In this document: positions 1 to 10,600 of the stretch, piece by piece | Layout of the letters: every line of letters starts with the position of its first letter | Numbering within the stretch: the first letter of the stretch is position 1 | Origin: a bacterium | Lineage (GTDB): Bacteria; Patescibacteriota; Dojkabacteria; B142; OLB20 | Reading direction: 5' to 3' | Length of the DNA stretch: 64,000 nt | Assembly: GCA_021463645.1 (NCBI GenBank) | Contig: JAJTYI010000004.1 | Span: forward strand, 110,277-174,276 | Made by a program: the position numbers and the translations under genes | Notes under the pieces: model-generated | What the model was told of the DNA's origin: nothing | The model's input: the letters and a program-made list of their open reading frames with translations, nothing else | Database searches by the model: none

Positions 1-355
1 TTGTATACATTGGACAATCGATAAACCTTTCAAACTGTATAAATCTCCACGCAAAATGATTATGCACGATATCGGGTTGGATTTTATTAATCATCTCAAT
101 TGCCTTCGGAATCTGGTAAACCTTCATAAAATTTCTCCATTCATCTATCTCTGACTGGTTATACATAGCTCTTAGTGATTTCGGTACAAGTGGTATAAGG
201 TTCCCACTGACTTTCGAATCTCCTGAAGCCATTAAATGTACTTCATGCCCAAGTCCATTCATCTCTTCCACAAGATTGTATACAACCAATTCCACTCCTC
301 CGTATTTCCTTGGCGGTACTGGTTCCTCAAATGGCGCAATATGTACAATTCTCAT
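1..355 (-). CDS. Glycosyltransferase family 4, N-terminal fragment (rest of gene lies beyond window start)
   Basis: Not in ORF track because it runs off the edge. Manual reverse translation from ATG at 355-353 gives MRIVHIAPFEEPVPPRKYGGVELVVYNLVEEMNGLGHEVHLMASGDS..., a typical GT4 N-terminal Rossmann start with the YGG-x-E motif. Confidence 0.65.
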   Translation of the reverse strand, partial: MRIVHIAPFEEPVPPRKYGGVELVVYNLVEEMNGLGHEVHLMASGDSKVSGNLIPLVPKSLRAMYNQSEIDEWRNFMKVYQIPKAIEMINKIQPDIVHNHFAWRFIQFERFIDCPMYT

Positions 356-376
356 TAACTTATATTAATAAATAAA

Positions 377-2164
377 TTATTTATGATGTTGAACTGAAAT
401 ATAATCGTGAATGATTCTTCTGCAACCAACGGATGACCATAGCTGAATCAAGCTCATCTGTCCTTCATAATTAGTTTGGTCCGTATAAAGTCGTGCTCGA
501 TTATTTGTTTCGTCATAGTAGTAGAGTTCGGGTACAGCTCCTAATTCTTTCCAACCTCTGAAACATGCTTCGCTGGTTTTAATTACAGCATCTCGAATTG
601 TATGCAATACAGGTTCTTGCCAACTTTCTCTCAGCCCTCGGAAATACTGTTTGGTTAAACCCGCTACTGTGTACGCTGCCTGTTTAGGCCAAATGACTCT
701 TCCATGATAGTTCTCACTCGAAAAATCATCATCATCGGTTGCCACTAATGTAGGTCCTACAGGCGTGTAGAAATATTCTAGATCTACCACTTTGATGGCA
801 AAACTAATTACTTCTTCTAAACTCGGATTACCGTAGAACAGATCGTATGATTCGTCCAAATGTAAATTTGTTAATGGAATATTTTTCTTCCCATGCAATG
901 CCAGTGAATAACCCAAGATTTCTTCGGTGTGGTATAAGCGGAATTTGATTTTCTGGTTATCCCATTTGGTGATAAGTTTATCTAGCTCTTCTAAATCGTC
1001 AATCTCGAAATAATCACTATATTCACGAATTAGTCTTAAACTTTGAGGATAGAAGACACAATTAACATCATAAGGTGCTAATGGTTGCTTGTGTTTCGGA
1101 TAAGCGAGACTACTATCACGCCAATTTCCTAAAATCAAGTATTCGGACTCATCTTCTTGTGATTTTTTGAAGGTGATAAGTTGTTTGCTTCTTGCATTTT
1201 CCAATATAAATTTTGAGACCTGAAGCAACTTTTGATGATGTGTTTCGGAAGTTAAAAACTTTTTTGAAACTCTTTTGAGACCCAAAATATATCTAGGTTC
1301 GATATCAATCATCCTCCTATCAATGTCTTCGAAAGGTTTTTCAGTTTTGTACTTGAATTCCCCGACTGCATTTTCGTGCCAGCCTTCACCATCCTCTGAA
1401 ATAAATTGCATTGACTGGTCGTACATGTAATCGATTGTATCTGTTGTGAAGTCTTTCAAACCAAGGTCAGCAGATTCAATCCAGTCTCGTGGGAATATTG
1501 TTCCGTATTCAAAACTACTTGTTTTCTTTGATTTAATGAGATGTTTAATTTGAGCTTTTGAATTTTTGTGTAACTCAAGAATTTCGCTATCGAGGAGATT
1601 TCTAGGGATGGGTAATCTCTGACGATATACACTCTTTAGACTTTTGGTATTTATTCCTAAATTTGTAAGTGTACGAATAGTAATTTTTAATGGTTCTTCA
1701 CCAATGATTCGTAGTCGATTATTTTCTATATCAATCTTTACTGGTTTTTTTACGATTATCTCTGAGCCGTAATACTTCTTTCCATCTTCCTCGACGAAGT
1801 ATTCATTCACGAATTGAATCTTATTGTAAAGTTTTGTGGATTTGGAGGAAATTTCTCTTGGTATAACCTTCTCAATCTTTCTGTCCACAAGCTGTTCGTA
1901 GGATGGTTTTGGATTAGTTCCTTCTACAAAGGATCTTAGAGTTCGTATATCACATACCAACGGAACTGCAATATTAATTTCTTTCTTTTCTAATTGTAAT
2001 TCAATTTGTAATTGTCCTTTATTCAATTTATAGGATGAAATTTCAATGCCAGAAGTGGGATGGAAAGTGGCACCAAATAATAAGTGGTTTTCAGGACCAG
2101 TAATCCTTAATTGATTGTACGAATCAATATCAAAATAGAAGTTTCCTTTTATAAAATACTGCAT
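377..2164 (-). CDS. Putative (alpha/alpha)6-barrel glycoside-hydrolase-like protein (GH15/GH63/debranching-enzyme-like)
   Basis: 595-aa ORF. The C-terminal half carries W/Y/D-rich segments (GTIFPRDW, GEGWHEN, GNWRDSS, YHGRVIWPKQAAY, PELYYYD, IQLWSS) that recall glucoamylase/debranching-type barrels. A 1-nt gap to the upstream GT4 gene implies an operon. Family call is from motif memory only. Confidence 0.4.
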   Translation of the reverse strand: MQYFIKGNFYFDIDSYNQLRITGPENHLLFGATFHPTSGIEISSYKLNKGQLQIELQLEKKEINIAVPLVCDIRTLRSFVEGTNPKPSYEQLVDRKIEKVIPREISSKSTKLYNKIQFVNEYFVEEDGKKYYGSEIIVKKPVKIDIENNRLRIIGEEPLKITIRTLTNLGINTKSLKSVYRQRLPIPRNLLDSEILELHKNSKAQIKHLIKSKKTSSFEYGTIFPRDWIESADLGLKDFTTDTIDYMYDQSMQFISEDGEGWHENAVGEFKYKTEKPFEDIDRRMIDIEPRYILGLKRVSKKFLTSETHHQKLLQVSKFILENARSKQLITFKKSQEDESEYLILGNWRDSSLAYPKHKQPLAPYDVNCVFYPQSLRLIREYSDYFEIDDLEELDKLITKWDNQKIKFRLYHTEEILGYSLALHGKKNIPLTNLHLDESYDLFYGNPSLEEVISFAIKVVDLEYFYTPVGPTLVATDDDDFSSENYHGRVIWPKQAAYTVAGLTKQYFRGLRESWQEPVLHTIRDAVIKTSEACFRGWKELGAVPELYYYDETNNRARLYTDQTNYEGQMSLIQLWSSVGCRRIIHDYISVQHHK

Positions 2165-2165
2165 A

Positions 2166-3479
2166 TTAAGTTAAATTCTTTTTTAAAAAATAATTACGGC
2201 TTACTTTACCTTTATGACTTTCGGTTATCTTCCTTTTTACAACCGCTCCTTTGTAAGCGTTTATATAATCATTTACCCTCACGTCCCAATCAAAATTGTT
2301 TAGAATAAAGTTGTAGGCATTATCAATAATCTTATTCCTGTAGTAATCGTCGAGTAACAAGGCAAAAATATAGTTAGCATATCGATCCAAATGATCAATA
2401 TTAACTAAACATCCAGTCTGATTGTGAACAATGAGGTTTTTGGGTCCCTCTCCGAAGTTCGATACTACGGGCACTTGCATGGCCATAGCCTCGAGAACAG
2501 TTATCCCAAAAGGTTCGTTTTCGGAGGTTATCAACAAAACGTCCGCACAACTATAAACCTCATTGACTTTGTCATGCGTGACAGAAGGTCTGAAAATCAC
2601 AAAATCAGAGACTTTCATGCGTTTGGCAAGGCTTTTCAATCTAGCTAAGTATTTTGTTTCTTCTTTTGTTCGATCTTCAGGCGTGGCTGAGCCTCCCCAA
2701 ATCACGAGGTAGACTGGTTTCTTATATTTCTTTTTTAGGATTTTTAATGCTTTTATTGCATGATGGTAACCCTTTGCTTCGGTGATTCTGCCGAGACATA
2801 ATAAGATTTTTGCATCTATGGGTAAATCGTATTTCTTGCGTACTATTTCAGTCGGAAGCCGTCTAAACATTTCGATTTGGATTCCTGGGGGAACAACATC
2901 AATCTTATCCGGATTAACCATGTACATCTTTGTTAATGTATTTTTTTCAGATTCTGTTGAGACGATTAGTTTGTGAGCCATCATTCCTACATAATTCTCC
3001 CATAATAACCTTGGAAGAAAATTATATTTCAATTCATTTATCAAACCTTGGAAGCTTTTCCTCTTCAAGTATCCGAGTGAATGAGGAGTCCAGATATAAG
3101 TGGCTTTAGGTATGAATTCTCTCATTTGTAACATCGATTTCGCACCGTCCCAGTAATGACCGTGAAAGATTATTTCTTCTTTGGAACCTTTAAGTGTCAT
3201 AGCAATTTTAGCTGTGAATTCAGCGATATGTGGTTCGATTTTCTCCTTTGGTATGAATTCATCAGGTCCGCATTTTATCCTTTCAACTATATAGTTTGGA
3301 TTGATTCTTTCTGAACTTGGATGATCGAGCTTTTGTCTGCAATATGTGGTAACTCTGATGCCAGGAATCTTTGAAAGTGCATTTGCTAATTGATGCTCAT
3401 AGATACACTGGCCGCCAGAATCAGGCTCGCCGGGTCTAGCTAGAGGATCAGAATGAGGTGATAAAAAAACAATATGCAT
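2166..3479 (-). CDS. Glycosyltransferase family 4, sucrose-phosphate-synthase-like
   Basis: 437 aa. The N-terminus MHIVFLSPHSDPLARPGEPDSGGQCIYEHQLA matches the G-x-PD-x-GGQ motif of SPS/sucrose-synthase-type GT-B enzymes. The C-terminal SENEPFGITVLEAMA is the GT4 E-x7-E region. Confidence 0.65.
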   Translation of the reverse strand: MHIVFLSPHSDPLARPGEPDSGGQCIYEHQLANALSKIPGIRVTTYCRQKLDHPSSERINPNYIVERIKCGPDEFIPKEKIEPHIAEFTAKIAMTLKGSKEEIIFHGHYWDGAKSMLQMREFIPKATYIWTPHSLGYLKRKSFQGLINELKYNFLPRLLWENYVGMMAHKLIVSTESEKNTLTKMYMVNPDKIDVVPPGIQIEMFRRLPTEIVRKKYDLPIDAKILLCLGRITEAKGYHHAIKALKILKKKYKKPVYLVIWGGSATPEDRTKEETKYLARLKSLAKRMKVSDFVIFRPSVTHDKVNEVYSCADVLLITSENEPFGITVLEAMAMQVPVVSNFGEGPKNLIVHNQTGCLVNIDHLDRYANYIFALLLDDYYRNKIIDNAYNFILNNFDWDVRVNDYINAYKGAVVKRKITESHKGKVSRNYFLKKNLT

Positions 3480-3704
3480 TGAAACACGAATGTGAATATG
3501 TTGATATTACTTTACATCACGTGTATTAGAGGAATGTTAAGGGTTTGTAAAAATTTATGTTTATGATTGAATTGTAAACACTTTTCTAAATAAATGAGGA
3601 TTAAGTTGTATTCACAGATTGAATATCTCTAGCTTTTGAGGGTTCTTTATGGTTTGGGTTAGATGTATTAATTTTAAAATAATTCATCTCTTTCGCAAAT
3701 TGAG

Positions 3705-4073
3705 TTAATTGTTTTCAATTATTATTTCTATGTCGTTAGAAATATAATACTTCTCGTGGTCACATACTGATGCGTAAGTGCTCAAATATCCGCTTTTCTT
3801 TGCATAAAATTTGATTTTATCGCCAATTTCATAAGTAGAGTTATATTCCGGGTTGGGACACTGTCCCCAGCCAATATCAGTTGTTATTGTCCAGGTTTTG
3901 CTTTGATCTTTAACATCAATGCTACATACGCTATCAGCATAACAACCATTATTGATGGAAACTATTTCTCCTTGTCTCTTTATCTCCCTATTAAAAAGTA
4001 AAAATAGTACGAGTGTAACTACTAATATGCTGAAAATTAAAAGTTTTATATATCGTGAATTTTTTCTTCGCAT
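3705..4073 (-). CDS. Small signal-anchored protein, unknown function
   Basis: 122 aa. Basic N-terminus followed by a hydrophobic helix (KLLIFSILVVTLVLFLLF), then a Cys-containing ectodomain. No family recognised. Confidence 0.45.
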   Translation of the reverse strand: MRRKNSRYIKLLIFSILVVTLVLFLLFNREIKRQGEIVSINNGCYADSVCSIDVKDQSKTWTITTDIGWGQCPNPEYNSTYEIGDKIKFYAKKSGYLSTYASVCDHEKYYISNDIEIIIENN

Positions 4074-4151
4074 AATATGTTTGAATAATTATGATTAACT
4101 TTAGAAGACTTCGTTATATTTTTAAAGTTTCTACTTATTATTTAAAAAATC

Positions 4152-4661
4152 ATGCAAAAAATCACACCCTGTCTATGGTTCGATATGAACTGTGAAGAAG
4201 CAGTTAATTACTATATCGATACTTTTAATAAATCCCCAAACATGAAATCGCACTCAAAAATAATTAGTATTCAAAGATATGAAGAAGGAATGCAAACTCC
4301 TGGAATTGAGAGTATGGTGGGAAAAGTTTTGACTGCAATATTTGAACTGAACGGTCAGAGTTTTATGGCACTTGATGGAGGTCCTACATTCACACTAAGT
4401 GAGGCCGTATCCTTCCAGATAGAGTGTGAAGATCAAACTGAAGTAGATTACTTTTGGGATCGATTATCAGCTGTCCCAGAATCGGAGCAGTGTGGTTGGG
4501 CAAAAGATCGGTTTGGTTTATCTTGGCAGATTGTTCCTAAAAGACTAGGTGAACTACTAAGTGATCCAGATAAAGAAAAAGCAAATCGAGTGCTTAACGC
4601 GATGTTGGAAATGAAGAAGATTGACGTGGAGGAGTTGGAGAGAGCGGGAAAGGGAAATTAA
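4152..4661 (+). CDS. VOC/glyoxalase-fold protein, PhnB/YjdN-like
   Basis: 169 aa. N-terminal ITPCLWFD..EEAVNYY and C-terminal DRFGLSWQIVP are hallmarks of the PhnB-like (3-demethylubiquinone-9 3-methyltransferase domain) family. Confidence 0.7.
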   Translation: MQKITPCLWFDMNCEEAVNYYIDTFNKSPNMKSHSKIISIQRYEEGMQTPGIESMVGKVLTAIFELNGQSFMALDGGPTFTLSEAVSFQIECEDQTEVDYFWDRLSAVPESEQCGWAKDRFGLSWQIVPKRLGELLSDPDKEKANRVLNAMLEMKKIDVEELERAGKGN

Positions 4662-5257
4662 ATCAAATTGATAATCTCTATCGGATACAACTTTTCTAAA
4701 GATTTTGCTAATTTAAAATCGAACCAGCCTAAAATACTTTCGTCCTGAGTATCTTCTGGGTTTGACTCGTTCATAAAATCTGGAAATTCATCAAGTTTTA
4801 TTAAGTAATATTCTTCGTGCCCGAAACCTTTTTGGTTTCCTTTATACAATAATTCCCTTTTATAACCCAAAATATCAATTCCCGTTTCTTCAAAAATCTC
4901 ACGATTTAAACCATCTATGACTGATTCGTTGGTTTTTAGATGTCCGCCAGGATAAACATAATATTCATCGGACTTCTTGATTCTATGAATCAGTAGTACT
5001 TGATTCTTACACAAAATTACCGCGCCTAATCTGATGGTTGTATCAAAATTGTAGTTGTCTTTTTCAATGAGTTTTCCATTATCCTGAATTGTAAAATCTA
5101 AGACCTCGTATAGTTCATTGCCATGGTTTTTAAAATGTTTATTTCCATCTGTAAAAATTTTGTTTTCACTCATTCCAAGTAATCTTGGACCAACTTTCTT
5201 GGTATTGTTGATTGTGAATTCGTGATTTTCGTGAGTGAAGGTGAAAGGTGTGTTCAT
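4658..5257 (-). CDS. Nudix hydrolase
   Basis: 199 aa. Nudix box GGHLKTNESVIDGLNREIFEETGI (GX5EX7REUXEEXGU), preceded by an ~80-aa N-terminal extension of unknown function. Confidence 0.75.
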   Translation of the reverse strand: MNTPFTFTHENHEFTINNTKKVGPRLLGMSENKIFTDGNKHFKNHGNELYEVLDFTIQDNGKLIEKDNYNFDTTIRLGAVILCKNQVLLIHRIKKSDEYYVYPGGHLKTNESVIDGLNREIFEETGIDILGYKRELLYKGNQKGFGHEEYYLIKLDEFPDFMNESNPEDTQDESILGWFDFKLAKSLEKLYPIEIINLI

Positions 5258-5391
5258 AAGACTTCTATTATATATTCAAGTAGGGGTTACTAATTGTAAT
5301 AGCTTACCAGAGAATACAATCTTAGCATAAAAAATAATTTTTCACTATTTTTTACCTTTAAATATTGAGCTTTTTAAAATAAAAATGTATC

Positions 5392-5400
5392 TGATATAAT
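5392..5400 (+). promoter_or_regulatory. Extended -10 promoter element TGATATAAT
   Basis: TGnTATAAT ends 21 nt upstream of the ATG at 5422, in an AT-rich intergenic region. Confidence 0.4.
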
Positions 5401-5421
5401 CCCTATATATGATTTGATTAT

Positions 5422-6000
5422 ATGTCAGCGATATTTTTTACCGGAGCTCCTGCTACTGGGAAAACTACCATTATTAGTCAACTTGTCCAACAAGGAGCAG
5501 TGTTATTGCCCCGGCATACCACTCGTTCTCCTAGACCTAATGATTTAGAAGGTGAATATGAATATTTAGATTCTCCGACCCTTTTAGGAAAATTTCTTAT
5601 TGGAGATTATCTAGAAAAAAAGATCAATACATTGTTTTTTGGCGGATGTCTTTATGCGACTCCGATTGATTGGGTTTCAGATACATTGATTAACAGTGAA
5701 GGACTAAGAGTAGCATCCTCTCCAAGTCTAGAGGTTGCCAGATGCCTCATGCAGTTATTACCTCGACATGCACGTTGGATTCATTTATTTTCTCCTGTCG
5801 ATGAGAGAGAACGAAGATTAATAACTCGAGGGATTTCATCAAGAGAACTAAATTATAGACTCACTGTGGGAGAGAACGGGATTCATGGTCAGCTTAAAGA
5901 GGCTACAGATAATATAGATACATCTAAATATTCTGTCCAAGGAGTCACTTACCTTATTTTGCAATTGGCGGGTAAGCAACTGGAAAAAGGAGGTTTATAA
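5422..6000 (+). CDS. Guanylate-kinase-like P-loop kinase
   Basis: 192 aa. P-loop GAPATGKTT. HTTRSPRPNDLEGEYEYL resembles the guanylate kinase TTR-x-PR-x-GE-x-G-x-Y motif. Confidence 0.55.
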   Translation: MSAIFFTGAPATGKTTIISQLVQQGAVLLPRHTTRSPRPNDLEGEYEYLDSPTLLGKFLIGDYLEKKINTLFFGGCLYATPIDWVSDTLINSEGLRVASSPSLEVARCLMQLLPRHARWIHLFSPVDERERRLITRGISSRELNYRLTVGENGIHGQLKEATDNIDTSKYSVQGVTYLILQLAGKQLEKGGL

Positions 6001-6594
6001 TGTTATCGCTTTCCTCAGTACCTTCTTAAAATCTGCTTCAATATACTTTAATATTTCTTTATCGATTTCCTCTTGAGTGTGATTCCCAATTGGTTGTAAC
6101 TCAGATTCAAATGATAAAACATGCTTAAGTGGATTTTTCCCTTCTTCTCTTTTTATTCCTTCATCATTACCTAGATATATTAAGGGAAGTCTCGATTCAT
6201 AGTAATGATACTTTTCGGTTGAGGTGTTATATATGGCATAAGATCTAACTTCTTCAATAATTTCTCCTTTATCTAGAATTTTGCCTGAGAGAATATCGTC
6301 TACCAACTCCTTTGAGTTGGCAGTAAGTAGGTCTGATGAGGGTACATAAAACCCGTCATCAATTCCTACAATCAGTTTAATTTCATCATTAATGTCATTT
6401 ACTTTAAGTGTTTTAAGAGTAAACTCCACTTTTCCTTGGGCTCTTTCACGCAAACTTCCTATTTCTTCATTCTCCCCGATTATTTTATAATCCAATAAAT
6501 TCTTGTATGTGAATTTATTTAGACCAAGTTTAGTAAATATACCAACTGTGGTATTGAATTTATCTACATTTTTTGTGGCGACTAATATAATCAT
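5995..6594 (-). CDS. Hypothetical protein, weakly Ham1/RdgB (ITPase-fold)-like
   Basis: 199 aa. IILVATKNVDKF resembles ATGNxGK and IVGIDDGFYVP resembles ADDSGL of non-canonical NTP pyrophosphatases. Tentative. Confidence 0.3.
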   Translation of the reverse strand: MIILVATKNVDKFNTTVGIFTKLGLNKFTYKNLLDYKIIGENEEIGSLRERAQGKVEFTLKTLKVNDINDEIKLIVGIDDGFYVPSSDLLTANSKELVDDILSGKILDKGEIIEEVRSYAIYNTSTEKYHYYESRLPLIYLGNDEGIKREEGKNPLKHVLSFESELQPIGNHTQEEIDKEILKYIEADFKKVLRKAITL

Positions 6595-6597
6595 AGC

Positions 6598-7602
6598 TTA
6601 ATCAATTCTTAAATTATAACCGTCGTCATTATAACACTCTCCAGGGACTCTAACAGATAAGTTTGTAGGTAAGATACTCATATTTGGATGCAATAATGGT
6701 CTAGTTATTGCATAAACAAGTCTTTTAGTCGACTCAGAATCCTTATAAGCACTGTGATAAGTTAATATCAAGTTTGAAAAACCCCTCTTTAAATATTTAA
6801 TATAAGGAGTATTTATCCAGTTGTTAGTTTCGTCAAGCGCTGTATCAATAATCGCTGTCAGACCAGGGTTTTCTTGTAGTACACCCACCAAATCGCCCTC
6901 ATTTACAACGCCTCCACCTGATACGCTTACAAAGAGAGAATCCTTTCCCATCCGTCCTAATTCTTCTTCTCCTATACGATGCTCTGTTTCGGGGAAATGG
7001 GGCAAAGATGCTACTACAACGTCTGAATCTTCAAAAATTCGAAACCAACTTTTTGGAAATATGTTCAATTCTGCTAGTCCTGGTTTCACCCCTCTTTCAT
7101 TAGAATATGAAATGTTAGCATTTGGAAACAGACCTCTAGAATTTCTAGCGAACCTACCGCCTATGCTACCGGTCCCAATCATGCCGATACTCAAATCGGA
7201 ATTATTCTCTCTTAATTTTATATCCTTTCTTGTCTCAATATTAGCAAAAGTATGAAGGTCTCTAGCAAGAAAACTACCAACAGCTTTCAATAAGTAGTTC
7301 ACCACTGCTCGATTCCAGGGGGTATCATTTTCAAAATAAGCAGTACGAATTCCCTCGTTTGATAGTACTTCCAAATCATGATGATTTTGAGGATGTCTAC
7401 CGGGATATAACAACAAACCCGCAATTCTAAGTAATAATGCATCAGGTAGAGCAACAGACGGAGTTTCTAAAACGCTCACACTTCTACCTTCAAATTTCTC
7501 CAGAGAGTCTGTATCTCCTGGTTGTAAATAGGCAACATTGTACCTATCTCTAATATCTTCAGGTATATGCTTAGGACCGAAATAACTTATGAGTTCATTC
7601 AT
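6598..7602 (-). CDS. D-isomer-specific 2-hydroxyacid dehydrogenase family protein
   Basis: 334 aa. NAD-binding GMIGTGSIGGRFA (GxGxxG), then DVVVASLPHFPETEHRIG...LFVSVSGGGVVNEGDL, typical of the family. Its start overlaps the stop of the upstream 1014-aa gene by 8 nt. Confidence 0.65.
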   Translation of the reverse strand: MNELISYFGPKHIPEDIRDRYNVAYLQPGDTDSLEKFEGRSVSVLETPSVALPDALLLRIAGLLLYPGRHPQNHHDLEVLSNEGIRTAYFENDTPWNRAVVNYLLKAVGSFLARDLHTFANIETRKDIKLRENNSDLSIGMIGTGSIGGRFARNSRGLFPNANISYSNERGVKPGLAELNIFPKSWFRIFEDSDVVVASLPHFPETEHRIGEEELGRMGKDSLFVSVSGGGVVNEGDLVGVLQENPGLTAIIDTALDETNNWINTPYIKYLKRGFSNLILTYHSAYKDSESTKRLVYAITRPLLHPNMSILPTNLSVRVPGECYNDDGYNLRID

Positions 7603-10600
7603 GGTAGTAGCCCAAATCAGTTAAGTGTTTCAATATATTCCTGGGTTGGTGGAATTTCCTGAACTCGCCGTTTAGTAAAACGTCGTCCATATCCATAATA
7701 ACTAGATCTCCAGGCACCAAGTTTGTCAGTCTTTCAGAATATCCATCTAAAGGGCCTTCAACGTGTATCATCTGTACATTCATTACGCCATGCTTATTGC
7801 AAATTTCATTAAACTTTCTGAGATTCTCCAAATCATTATCAATTACGTAAATTGTCCCGTGTTGGCTCCACTCCTCGATTCTTTTTTCGACAACGCCCAG
7901 CTTGTCAGGATGTGCTATAAATTCTATGCCTGTATGTTCGGCAAAGATTTGATTTGCCAGTCTTTCTAGACCAGATAATTCGTAACGAAGACGTTGTTCT
8001 TCGGTCATTGCGTAATTACCTATCCTTGGGTAGTCCTCAACTACAGAATCACCAGCAGTCCAAATTATTGATGAAACATCACCAGCATTAGTGATTTGAC
8101 TAAGTAGGTTTCCAACACCAGCATTCAGCCATGCTTGAGGCTTTTTCTCCTGAAAAGCATCACTTTCTTCAACTCTGCTTAACTTCTCGCGCACGATTCC
8201 TGGTATAGCAGGGTATGTAGAAGCGGCGATTCTAAATTGATTGATGAATGCAGTCTTATTCGATAATGCAATGTCGGTTAGTAAACCCTCCTGGGAAGCA
8301 TAGATCCAAAATCCTTCTGCTGCTGCATCAAGATTGAAATAACCAGTTTCGTTTTTAGCAAATTCCCAAGCTTGATTTAAAACCGTTTTGAATTGGGTGT
8401 CTTGAATTGTGATTTCCATATATTCAATTAATTCAACTTCATCAACAAATCGTGATATTTTCTCAGGATCTTTACGTCTTTTTACTATACTTCCATCCGA
8501 TTTAACTTTTATCATGGTTTCGTCAAATTCAACAGACGACTCTAAGTCCAATCCCTCAACTTGGATTCCGTTATTCCTCAGTATTTCTAACGTTTGATTT
8601 ATATTTGAACTAGAAAGCCCTCCAGCCAAATATTTTCTCTTTGAGATTCCTCCTAGAACTCTTACTAGTTGTTCGATATCCCCTTGCTCCCCAGTTCCAC
8701 CTTTTTTCTTTGAATCAACTAGAACCGCATCCACATTTGTATCAGAATTCAATTCAAAAATTTTTCGATCTAAATCATCTTCATCCAGGGCAACCATCTG
8801 TACGATTGAAATTTCATTTTCAAATCCAGCTTTTAATTCTTCCCTGATGGAATTGACCAATTCGGCATCATAATCACCTTGTAACTGGAGGGTTACTTTT
8901 TGCTGACTTCCACTTGGAATAACTCTTCTTAATATTCTTATAGCTTCGTCTGAACTTTTAGGTCTCATCAGTAGGAATAGGTTAGTTTCTATTCCACTTT
9001 CGTCAAGATAATCTATCATGTCTCTTATAGGATTTAATTCGAGCCATGGTAAGGGTAAATCCCGGTCACTGTAAAAATCGTGTACTTTATTCATCTTTAT
9101 AGCTACTCTCGGATCATCGATTCCTAGTGCTTTTCTCTTGTACTCTTCTGGGGTGTAAGTTAAATGTATTCCGAAATTTCTAACCCCAGAGAGCAAACAT
9201 GCTTGGGCATCATAGATGTTGTGAACTCCACATACTTTTATTTCTGCTTCCGTTCTACTTTCCTGAGTTTTCGAATCCACCTCATCTCGCTCTATTGGAG
9301 AATCTTCCGCATTTGCGGTTCTATTATAATTTCTGCGTAGGACACCCTGTCTTTCAATTTTAAGCATTTGACGATCTGGAGATAGTAGACCCGCACCTCT
9401 CGTTATAGGTACGAATCCAACTGAACATTCATTCACCATCGGATTAGGCACAAGTTGAACGTTACCTGGGCTTGACTTTAATTGAATTCTTATCGGATCT
9501 GCCTCTACTACTCTACAAATAACATTTTCTGCACCTGAATTACTAATTATATTTTCTGCAAGTGCCAAAGTACGTCCAGTATTGCTGTTGTCATCGACAA
9601 ATAATACTTTCTTTCCTTTGAATTCAATCCCATTTGATTTTATGTAATCTTCAATGTCGTCTTTGGTAGTTTCCTCGTCATCCCTTTTAACTGATGCAGA
9701 GTGAGTAGAAATTGGAAGTAACTCCAATTGTCTTTCTCTATTGGGATTTTTAATTTTATATAGGAGATCTGTAACTATTGCGGTTTCGCTTCCTCCCGAT
9801 GGAGCACCAACAACCACATCAATTTCAGGATGCTTGTCTGTAACCAAGTCTGCAAATGCTAGTACTTTCAGAGAGTTTTCAATTTCTGGCATCTTGAAAA
9901 CCACATCATCCCGTCCCAATAAATCGTTTGTAATATCATCAACAATAGAAAGTATTTCTGCTGAATTAATTTCAACTCCTGACTTATGGCCAAGCAAAGT
10001 TAAATAGTACTCCTGGGTAATATTAACCATAGAGTTAAAAATCCTCTCTCTCCTTTCTATGTACTCTGCATTTTCAGTTAATTCATACCTATCTTTATAT
10101 GTGTATGAATGATATAGAGTGCTTATATGGTTACGTAAATGGTCAATCATTCCGAGATATTGTAGATAATTTACATCGTCATATCCCTCAGAAAGTTGCG
10201 CTATTGCATCATTAACATCTTCTTTTATGACTTCTAACTTCCACTGTGTGGGAACACTTGAGTCTACAGAAATATAATATCTCGCTCCTTTATGGGTGGG
10301 TTTTTGACCAGGAAAAGCGTCTAACCTTCCATCTTTCTGATAGTATGGTAACAATCCAGTATCAGATTCATCAGAGTCTAAGTTCTTACCTAATTTATAA
10401 CTCCCTCGTAATCCTACTTGATTATTAGATAAATCAAAATCTCGAAGAGAAGATTTATTCCCCCAAATCGAACCTAGACCTAATTTTTCCCTTTGGTTAC
10501 TGCTATTATTTTCAACAACATTGACTACTCCAGTTACATAGGAGTGTAGGTCGGCATATTTTAAGTCTAATTGCACTGAATTACTTGGTGCAAAAAAGGG

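Noticed and set aside
6821-7255. 144-aa + strand ORF inside the dehydrogenase gene
   Set aside because: Fully nested antisense to a motif-bearing gene. The S/P-rich translation is typical of an antisense artefact.
7595-8077. HAD-phosphatase assignment for the C-terminal domain of the 1014-aa protein
   Set aside because: DxDD-like motifs are present (VIDNDL, MDMDDVLL), but the motif I-like element lies at the extreme C-terminus, in the wrong order for a HAD fold. The domain is left unassigned.
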